From Octopus sinensis (Eukaryota), in contig NW_021825755.1 of assembly GCF_006345805.1 (NCBI RefSeq), positions 1 through 14,507 on the forward strand: a stretch of DNA of 14,507 bases. Reading direction: 5' to 3'. The position numbers and the translations under genes are program-made. Of this stretch, positions 1 through 7,081 are shown one piece after another. The first letter of the stretch is position 1; each line of letters begins with the position of its first letter. The notes beneath the pieces were generated by a model. That model did not search any database. It had not been told where the DNA came from and saw nothing but the letters and a program-made list of their open reading frames with translations.

Positions 1-423
1 CTAATTATATATAAATTTATATCGCGGACTCCTCAGTATATCGCGGGTTTGTGCGGTCGATAGGTATTTATATTTTTAAAATTTTAATAATTTCTGTGGT
101 AAAATAATAATAAGCATTTTCACGCCTAAAAATTAATAAATTAATAAATAAAAAATACAATATAGTACTGCACTGTATAACACATTAATTAAAATATATA
201 TATTAAAAGAAAGTTACGTAGTGAATAAACAAAGAATTGCACATACTGTATGGAAAACGAAACTCAGGAAGCGAGTGTTTGGTATTGCTTTGCATTTATA
301 ATAAAATAAATATATACAAATTATGAAAATAATTTTAAAAAACATACAGTTTTTACTTCGTGGATTTTCACCTATCGCAGGGTGTTTCGGAACGTAACAC
401 CCGCAATAGTCGAGAGATTACTG
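1..423. mobile_element. Right end of a Tigger/pogo-like (Tc1/mariner superfamily) non-autonomous DNA transposon; the other end is probably upstream of the window
   Basis: The reverse complement of 361-425 reads TA|CAGTAATCTCTCGACTATTGCGGGTGTTACGTTCCGAAACACCCTGCGATAGGTGAAAATCCA. This resembles Tigger/MER2-type termini (CAGT..CCCTCG....CGCGGG....GTTCC....CCC.GCG.....AAAATCC), followed by a TA target dinucleotide at 424-425. A TATATCGCGG subterminal motif occurs twice near 18-46. Confidence 0.6.
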
Positions 424-463
424 TATACTATATCGCGTAGGCTAGTAGAACATTTCGTATACG

Positions 464-688
464 TTCTGTTGTGTCTGGGGAGAGTCATTTTTTGTGCCTT
501 ATAATTTAACACACTCACCGGTAAAATTTCTTATTTTTATTTTCCTAAAATTTTCGTTGTGTCTTGCAACTTTTTCAATAGTCTTGACTATAGGAAAATA
601 AAAATAAGAAATAAGTGGAAATTTTATCGCTGAGTGTGTTAAATTATAAGGCAAGAAAAGAAAATGACTCTCCCCAGACACAACAGAA
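464..688. repeat. Long head-to-head inverted repeat (arms 464-547 and 591-688), probably an inverted pseudo-LTR pair of a Penelope-like element
   Basis: TTCTGTTGTGTCTGGGGAGAGTCATTTT...CCTTATAATTTAACACACTCA...TTATTTTTATTTTCCTA (464-547) is the reverse complement, with a few indels, of TAGGAAAATAAAAATAAG...TGAGTGTGTTAAATTATAAGG...AAAATGACTCTCCCCAGACACAACAGAA (591-688). The inverted repeat is seen directly; the PLE assignment is inferred from the hammerhead motif. Confidence 0.85.
545..581 (-). ncRNA. Putative minimal type I hammerhead ribozyme, U3/A8 core variant
   Basis: Minus strand: CUA (stem I) UUGAAAA (core, C3U/G8A relative to CUGANGA) A GUUG-caagaca-CAAC (stem II) GAA A-A-U-U (palindromic stem III) U17 | UAG (stem I). 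Predicted cleavage is between 548 and 547. Confidence 0.6.
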
Positions 689-906
689 TATGCTTCAACA
701 CACGAACTCACATAAAGAATCTTGCAAACCAAATCCAAAAACGAATTATTTCGTGTACGTTTATGCATAATTTTCCTTTACCTCATCATGTGAGTGTGAT
801 TGTAAACTAATTTGCATATTGCGTTGTCAGTAGCAACTCGTCTCTCTGATCGTACTTCAATATGAAATCTTAAAACCCTGAGTCATACTTAGAAAAATAG
901 AAAGAA

Positions 907-1291
907 CTAGCAGTATCACCCGGCGTTGCTCAGGTTTGTAAGGGAAATAACTATAAAGCATTTTTAGAGAGTTATAGCCAAAAAATAGCAAAAAAATGGA
1001 AAAAAATGATGGAAATTTTTTTTGAGAGTAAAAAAAGGTGGAGTTGAGTGCTCCCCTAGACAGTTTGCGGTTTGTGTTTCTGATTCTCCACCCATGGCGA
1101 ATTTATCGATTTTTTTCAGAACTGGGGGAACTTTTCAAAATTTTCGCTGCGTTAGTTTTGAATTATGACATTGGGCTATGTGTGTGTCAAGTTTCATCAG
1201 AATTGGTTGAAAGCCGTGGTCAGGGTGAGGGTACAAGCAAACAGACACACAGAAACACGCACAGACAAACTGCCGTTTATATAGAGAGAGA
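907..1291 (-). mobile_element. Complete non-autonomous Helitron (~385 bp)
   Basis: The minus strand starts A|TC (TCTCTCTCTATATAAACGGCAGTTTGTCTGTGCGTG...) and ends ...CCTGAGCAACGCCGGG-TGATACTG-CTAG|T. This gives 5' TC, a subterminal GC-rich hairpin, 3' CTAG, insertion between A and T, and no TSD, which are the diagnostic Helitron features. A 5' GT-rich microsatellite-like tract is also present, as in Lep1-type elements. Confidence 0.75.
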
Positions 1292-1351
1292 TTTCTGTAT
1301 CTCTTGAGTTCTATTTCACGCGTTTGGAAAACTAAGCTGATACACATACAC

Positions 1352-1665
1352 AAGCACCCAGGTATGGCTGTGTGGTAAATCCCACGACGTGGCACCTTGG
1401 GCATGTGTCTTCTACTATACTAGTTACTATAGCCCAAAGCTACAGTAACTATAGCTTAGGGCCGACCAAAACCTTGTCAATGGATTTGGTAGACGGAAAC
1501 TGAAAGAAACCCGGCGTACATGTGTGTGTCTATGTTTGTGTGTAAGTGTGCGTGTGTGTGTAAGTGTGTATGTGGTGTCTTCGAGTCTGTGGTTGTCACT
1601 AACCACTGCTTGACAACCAGTGCCGGTGTCCCCGTAACCTAGCGGCTCAGCAACCGAGACCGATA
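1352..1665 (+). mobile_element. Family B SINE (tRNA-like head, CORE-like segment, central TG microsatellite), internally deleted and 3'-truncated
   Basis: Shares TGGCTGTGTGGTAA, GTGGCACCTTGGGCA.GTGTCTTCTACTATA, GGCCGACCAAA.CCTTGT...TGGATTTGGTAGACGGAAACTGAAAGAA and TAGCGG..C.GC....GAGACCGATA with the copies at 6690-7039 and 9558-10038. Confidence 0.75.
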
Positions 1666-1867
1666 ATTACCAGCCTGGAACTAAAAATTCGTGTAAATCA
1701 AATTGAGTATGCTTATTTCTTAGTATTTGAACTGTTAGAGTTATTTTCGCAATTTATCCTGTACAACCCTTGAACAAGTAAATAATATTTTTCTAAACAA
1801 TAGATCCACTTATTTCGGTTAGTGACTTATTCGCGAATATACCATCACTAGAGCCCCTGAGGGTAAT

Positions 1868-2230
1868 ATTCTCTGGGAACGCACAGAAGTCCTTTTCAGT
1901 TATTTACTTGAATTGTTATTATCTCATATCTGATTAGTCTGTTATTACGTAACATGCTTCACGATTTTAGTATACGTACCTTATTGGTATTTCCTCCTAA
2001 GTTCTATATACTCTGGGAACGCATTAAAACCCTTTTCGGGGCTACTTTATTTGAATTCTTACTATCGGGTAACTAATTTCATGTTATTACATAACTGACT
2101 TCACAATTTGGGTATTCATAACTTATTGGGAATTCCTAAGAACAAAATCCTGTGTAAGACGGTTCGGTATTCTCTGTAAATGCACAGAAACCGTTTTAAG
2201 GGCTACATACTTGGTATTGTTGTTATTGGA
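1868..2230. repeat. Degenerate tandem repeat, ~2.5 copies of a 140-160 bp unit
   Basis: Units start at 1868 (ATTCTCTGGGAACGCACAGAAG), 2008 (ATACTCTGGGAACGCATTAAAAC) and 2169 (ATTCTCTGTAAATGCACAGAAAC). Units 1 and 2 also share TGTTATTAC.TAAC...CTTCAC.ATTT..GTAT.C.TA.CTTATTGG.ATT.CCT. Confidence 0.7.
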
Positions 2231-2304
2231 TTACCGAAACAATTATGAGAACGAAACAAGGGACAAGCCCCGCTTTCCCGAGAATTACCGGGTACATCAG
2301 CTTG

Positions 2305-2309
<5 letters not shown>

Positions 2310-2363
<54 letters not shown>

Positions 2364-2392
2364 ATATAATATATATATATATGTATATATAT
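2310..2392. repeat. (AT)n microsatellite
   Basis: Direct reading. Confidence 0.95.
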
Positions 2393-2398
2393 TAGAAT

Positions 2399-2462
2399 TA
2401 TTTTTATTATTATTATCATTATTATTATTATTATTATCATTATTATTATTATTATTATTATT
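2399..2462. repeat. (ATT)n microsatellite, left flank or 3' tail of the adjacent retroelement
   Basis: Direct reading. Confidence 0.95.
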
Positions 2463-2960
2463 GAGTGAGCGAGCAGAGCATGCCATCAAAGTGACACTGG
2501 GGTAAAATACACGAAGCCCAGTATACCCATCATGACTACCCGTCTGATAAGGGTACACCAGGCACATGCATCACAACCATATGTGCGCGACATGGTGATC
2601 TCATATCAAGATAAACAGCACATGACCTTGCAGGTGGGACCCAGTTAGAATTTTCTTCAGATCGAGTAACCCATCCCGCTCAAAAGGTCCCTGAATAAGG
2701 GTTGTTTAAGGACGTTGAACGAAACACCCATGTTTCCAGAGGTGAATTATTCAAAACCCAAAGAATCCTTCTCACCACATGGCTATGATGCTCTCCCACT
2801 ACTTCTGCTCGTGATCAGAGATGCACATATCGTCAGCAACTAAGGGACATGCTCAACTGGTTAAGGTCAAACAACTGACAAGCAAATCTGTTGTATTGAG
2901 CAGAATATTTGCTGTAGCCCATTTATACCAAGACAAAACAATGTACATGATAACACTTCC
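2463..2960 (-). mobile_element. 5'-truncated non-LTR retroelement 3' UTR in an (AAT)n tract, Dong/R4-like
   Basis: About 498 bp of balanced-GC sequence bounded on both sides by (ATT)n. On the minus strand it ends ...GCTCACTC-AATAATAAT, with a 3'-proximal stem-loop (ACTGGG 2496-2501 / CCCAGT 2517-2522). R4-clade Dong elements are known to target (TAA)n. No ORF is present, so the clade is inferred. Confidence 0.5.
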
Positions 2961-2961
2961 A

Positions 2962-3013
2962 ATTATTATTATTATTATTATTATATTATTATTATTATTA
3001 TTATTATTATATT
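2962..3013. repeat. (ATT)n microsatellite, right flank
   Basis: Direct reading. Confidence 0.95.
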
Positions 3014-3104
3014 AGGGAGTATAACTCCAAACTTACAGGGAAAAATTCAATTTTATGTCTCTCATTGAGACATAAAATTTACATATATATATATATATGC
3101 TAAC

Positions 3105-3221
3105 CTCATCTGGTAAATCCAGTTTTGCCACTGCGATAGAGAGGAAGTGACTGTCTTGGATAAGAGAGGTTCTCTCAGTGGTACTCTATGTGATACACAA
3201 CGCATCCAATTTTGCCGAACC
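3105..3221 (-). other. Candidate 117-nt internal exon (phase 2-2), product unknown
   Basis: Minus strand: acceptor TTTTATATTTCCACAG|G and donor GAG|GTTAGC. The length is divisible by 3, and only one frame is open (VRQNWMRCVSHRVPLREPLLSKTVTSSLSQWQNWIYQM). No homology recognised. Confidence 0.3.
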
Positions 3222-3520
3222 CTGTGGAAATATAAAATTCAATGTTACCCTGGACGGAATGTGAAGCCAGAACTTAAAGACCTGTCACACATACCACAAG
3301 TTATTTGTCCAACCATCTCATACATCCGTTCATTTGACTGTCCTTGATATATAGTATATAGAAGTAATATATTTTATTGAGAATATATGCGCTGTTGAAG
3401 GCGTTGAGCAGAGAGAATTGTTAGATAATTACTAGTAAAGCATTGGAACCGATGTAATTGAATTTGCCCCTCCCCCAAAATTGTGTATATGGAAGAAAGG
3501 AATCGTCTAGTTGTTGTTAA

Positions 3521-4129
3521 GGCGACGAGCTGGCAGAATCGTTTACACGCCGAGTAAAATACTTAGCGACATTTTGTCTCGCTTTAAATTCTTCTGAGTT
3601 CGAATTTTGCCGAGACCGACTTTACCTTTCATCATTTCGAAGTTGATAAAATTAGTACCTATTTCTTTACTACCCACAAGGGGCTAAGCACAGAGAGGAC
3701 AAACAAGAACAGGCAAACGGATTAAGGCAATTATATCGACCCCAGTGCGCAACTGGTACTTATTTAAATGACCCCGAAAGGATGAAAGGCAAAGTCGACC
3801 TCGGCGGAATTTGAACTCAGAACGTATTGGCAGACGAAATACATATTTCTTTATTACCCACAAGGGGCTAAACACAGAGTGGACAAACAAGAACAGACAA
3901 ACGGATTAAGTCGATTATATCGACCCCAGTGCGCAACTGGTACTTATTTAATCGACCCCGAAAGGATGAAAGGCAAAGTCGAACTCGGCGGAATTTGAAC
4001 GTAACGGCAGACGAAATACGGCTACGCATTTCGCCCGACGTGCTAACGTTTCTACCAGCTCACCGCCTTATAAAATTAGTACCACTTGAGTACTGGCCTT
4101 CTTGCTGGCCTTCTGCCAAATTTTAAACC
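3521..4129 (+). mobile_element. Older family A SINE (host copy), split into 3521-3659 and 4070-4129 by a younger insertion
   Basis: A-box-like TGGCAGAATCG and B-box-like GAGTTCGAATTT are present. The body stops at ATAAAATTAGTACC and resumes after the insert as ATAAAATTAGTACCACTTGAGTACTGG...GCTGGCCTT.TGCCAAATTTTAAACC. A further decayed 3' fragment lies at ~3439-3485. Confidence 0.75.
3660..4069 (-). mobile_element. Family A SINE, head plus two tandem units, with 14-bp TSD
   Basis: Reverse complement of the family consensus seen at 5978-6205. The internal junction is at ~3835-3850. The perfect duplication ATAAAATTAGTACC lies at 3646-3659 and 4070-4083. Confidence 0.9.
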
Positions 4130-4439
4130 AATAAATGCGCATGTGTTTGAGCGGATTTACGTATGTGTACGTTGTTTTATTTATATTGAGGTGTAAACAT
4201 TTTGTCCTGAAGAATGTGATTTGACTTGTTTGAGTTTTTTTACCTTCGATATTTGGTTTACTTTTATTTTTCTCTTTTATGTTCACCAAAGATTCAATGA
4301 AACTTTTCGCAAAATAACGTTTTTATCATTTTCAATATTTCCGGAACGTTTTTTTCTTTCTTTTTTCTTGTTTTTTATTCATTTTTTTTTTTTTTTGTTC
4401 TTACTAGCTGAATGTTGTTCATTTATGACTCGCCTAGAA

Positions 4440-4935
4440 TCATAAAAGCACTAGCTTTCTTTTATTTTTCATTCTAAGTAACAAATATCTTTTCCGTAGG
4501 ACATATCTTATGATTTCCCGCCCCACACCGACTTCTTTTACGTCTTTGTTTTTTCACGTCAATGAGGGATCTCCATTATATTAGTCTCTTTTTCTTTTAC
4601 ATCTAACTTCGTCTTCTGCATCATTTCGAAGTTATTCGAACCTTTTGCATCTAGCGGCAACACTTCTCCACGTTTTCTATTCATCAGCTTTTAGATAGAA
4701 TATCCATTATACATCAACAACAAATTTCTTCCCTCTAGCCTACCTTTCCTGACATTATTCTCTAACTTAATGATGTACTTCTCAGCTAAACATTTTCTTA
4801 TATTTATCATCACACCAGGCTCTAAACAGTTCTTTTTTTTATGACCATTTCTGTTTCTTCTGCGAAATTGCCTAAGTACATAATCAGTTTTGTTGAGACT
4901 GTCAAGGAGAAACAAGCGTTAGCAAAACTACTGTA
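4440..4935 (-). pseudogene. Possible highly decayed Tc1/mariner-like transposase N-terminal (HTH) remnant
   Basis: Stitching frames on the minus strand gives ...YSI*KLMNRKRGEVLP... and DAEDEVRCKRKRD*YNGDPSLT*KNKDVKEVGVGREIIRYVLRK, loosely like Tc1 DNA-binding regions. A TA|CAGTAG-type end lies at 4928-4935. Multiple stops and frameshifts; weak. Confidence 0.2.
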
Positions 4936-5066
4936 TAATTCAAGTAATTGATACCGTATTGTTTCCAACAGAAGACGCCATGTTTACTATGAAAACCTTT
5001 TGATTTTTTTCATATTATATCGCGGTGTTATATTCGCTACAGTAGCCCACCAAAATTCTTACAAAC

Positions 5067-5290
5067 TTACACAATATGCTGTTGCTTGGTTATCTCCATA
5101 GTAGCCCTCCTTGAACATATTTATGATAAACGGCGCTCCAGTTGTGACCATCCTGTACTGTTTTACAATCTAGCTTACACAATACGTTGTTACACAATAT
5201 GCTGTTGTTTAGTTATCTCCATAGTAGCCCTCCTTGAACATATTTGTGATAAACGGCGCACCAGTTGTGACCATCCTGTACTGTTTTACA
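5067..5290. repeat. Near-perfect 101-bp direct duplication (5067-5167 and 5190-5290)
   Basis: TTACACAATATGCTGTTG...GACCATCCTGTACTGTTTTACA occurs twice with only a few substitutions; the 22-bp spacer contains a third TTACACAATA. Confidence 0.95.
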
Positions 5291-5764
5291 TTCAAGAGTT
5301 GCATCGTCTAATGTGTGTGAATTTTTTGTTTTGTTTTGTTTTTTGGGGGTTTTTTGGGGGTTTTTTTGTTTGTTTTTTTTAAATAGCAGGATCATAATTT
5401 GATGAAAGGGGGTTGCTATTTCTTGCAGGTTGTCTTACTTACTAACTGTATATAACATGGTGGAGCTGTACCAACAGAAATGCCACCGCTAACGAGCAGA
5501 ACAGAATTGCAGGAACTCAAAGAAAGTGTGGACTACGCAAGTCTAGAGCCAACTCCTTCTCTTCCGTCTGAGCAGACCATCAGTATCTGACCCGTAGTTG
5601 AGCCTTCCAAATACGCATCGGTCTAATCAGCCACAGCCGTACATACCGTGACCCATCTTCTTTTCACACGTGATGGACTTGGTCATCGTTGAAAACGACG
5701 GACGAGCATTAAATAACATAAGTATAGAATCATGCATTGTGTAAAAACGGTGTAGCGGATTTCA

Positions 5765-5910
5765 TTCACTCCAGAACTTTGACTTATACTTTATGAAGTC
5801 CATAATGATGAAAGGCGAAACAGACCGCGAGAGATTTTTACTCAGAATGAGGAGTGTAAACACTGCAAATCCTTTTGTCTGGTGCTCCACCGATTCTGTC
5901 AATACACCGC
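5765..5910 (-). mobile_element. Strongly diverged family A SINE
   Basis: GATGAAAGGCGAA, TTTTACTCAGAATG and CGATTCTGTCAATACACCGC align to the minus-strand family A consensus (GGATGAAAGGCAAA, TTTGAACTCAGAACG, CGATTCTGCCAGCTCGCCGC). Confidence 0.6.
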
Positions 5911-6495
5911 TCTAACAACATGTACCACCTTAACGACATATTAGTATTCTAGCAACATTGTTCTTGCAACAATTGAAAGCGGCGAGCTGGCAGAATCGTT
6001 AGCACGCCGGGCGAAATGCTTACCGGTATTTCGACTGCCGCTACGTTTTGAGTTCAAATTCCGCCGAGGTCGACTTTGCTTTTCATCCTTTCGGGGTCGA
6101 TAAATTAAGTACCAGTTACGCACTGGGATCGATATAATCGACTTAATCCGTTTGTCTGTCCTTGTTTGTCCTCTCTGTGTTTAGCCCCTTGTGGGTAATA
6201 AAGAAATTAGTATTCTAGTAACATATATCGCCCTAACAGCACACACCACCTAACATACACAGCCCTAACAATAACGTACCGCCCTTAACAACATACACAG
6301 CCCTAACAATAACGTACCGCCCTAAAAACATACACATCCCCGGTTACAGCATATTACTGTCTTAACAACTTCCATTGCCTTAACAACATCCACTGCTCCA
6401 GCAACAAACACCACACTAAATTTTTATACCACCCTAACAACATATTACCATACTAACAACATATATCCCTCTAAAAACATATGCAATCTTAACAA
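5911..6495. repeat. Degenerate ~19-20 bp minisatellite with a (C)CCTAACAACAT core, interrupted by a SINE
   Basis: Recurrent CCCTAACAACATA / CTTAACAAC / CTAGCAACAT units; a ~39-bp higher-order repeat CATACACAGCCCTAACAATAACGTACCGCC occurs twice in ~6263-6322. Confidence 0.8.
5978..6205 (+). mobile_element. Family A SINE, full-length monomer (tail type 1)
   Basis: GCGGCGAGCTGGCAGAATCGTTAGC (A-box-like)...GAGTTCAAATTCC (B-box-like)...TTAATCCGTTTGTCTGTCC...GGGTAATAAAGAAAT. Flanked by a 19-bp near-repeat ATTAGTATTCTAG(C/T)AACAT at 5940-5958 and 6206-6224. Confidence 0.9.
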
Positions 6496-6558
6496 TCATC
6501 TCTGCCTTATTTCTAAATATTAATAATTTCTTTTGATTATTCAAAATTCTTAATTTTC

Positions 6559-6679
6559 TGGACCGGACATATCACATAGACTGCACCGGTTCTCGTCCAA
6601 TCTATGAAGTTAAGCAACGTCGAGCCTAGATAATACTTAGATGGGTGGCCACTTGGAAAAATCTAGGTTCTGTAAGCAT
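6559..6679 (+). pseudogene. 5S rRNA: 5S rRNA pseudogene (full length, decayed)
   Basis: CGGACATATCAC...GCACCGGTTCTCGTCCAATC...GAAGTTAAGCAACGTCGAGCC...ATACTTAGATGGGTGGCCACTTGGAAAAATCTAGGTTCTGTAAGCAT is colinear with invertebrate 5S rRNA over ~120 nt. Box A (6608-6622) is intact, box C is mutated (TTAGATGGG vs TTGGATGGG), there are many transition-type changes, and no T4 terminator follows. Confidence 0.9.
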
Positions 6680-6689
6680 CTCACATTTG

Positions 6690-7039
6690 AGGTGCAGGTG
6701 CATCTGTGTGGTAAGAAGTTAGTCTCCCAACCACATGGTTCCAGGTTCAGCCTCACTGCGTGGCACCTTGGGCAATTGTCATTTATTATATCCTAGAGCC
6801 GACAAAAGGGGATTTGGTAGACATAAACTGAAAGAAGCCCGGCGTATATACAAATGTGTATGCGTGTTTGTCTCCCAACACTGCTTACGTCACTGTGAAT
6901 TAGCAGTCGGCAAGAAAGACCGATAGATAAGTTCCGGGCTTTAAAAAATAACTCTTGCGGTCGATCCGTTCAATTCAAAGTTCTTCAAGGGGGTGCCCCA
7001 GTATGACCGCGGACTAATGACTGGAACAAATAAAAGAAT
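6690..7039 (+). mobile_element. Family B SINE, near full length
   Basis: Head TCTGTGTGGTAAGAAG...GGTTCCAGGTTCAGCCTCAC, CORE-like TGCGTGGCACCTTGGGCAA, short central (TA/TG) tract, and 3' end GGTGCCCCAGTATGACCGC...AATGACTGGAACAAATAAAAGAAT. Confidence 0.85.
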
Positions 7040-7081
7040 CATTCCAAAATATATTCTTTTCTACTCTAGGCACAAGGATGG

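Noticed and set aside
1820-1850. Palindrome TATTCGCGAATA within TAGTGA/TCACTA arms
   Set aside because: A single short occurrence with no second copy or supporting context.
2544-2565. CTGATAA motif in the (AAT)n-flanked element as a hammerhead core
   Set aside because: C3/A8 is a mismatch and no GAAA follows the putative stem II.
3097-3150. P-loop-like peptide MLTSSGKSSFATAIERK on the plus strand
   Set aside because: It lacks the first Gly of GxxxxGK[ST], is 17 codons long, is bounded by an (AT)n tract and a stop, and has no splice support.
5978-6065. tRNA gene in the SINE heads
   Set aside because: A- and B-box-like motifs are present, but the spacing is extended, there is no complete cloverleaf or acceptor stem, and the sequence continues into the SINE body. 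It is tRNA-derived, not a tRNA.
6559-6679. Functional 5S rRNA gene
   Set aside because: The 5' end is divergent, box C and several helices are mutated, there is no oligo-T terminator, and it is not in a tandem array.
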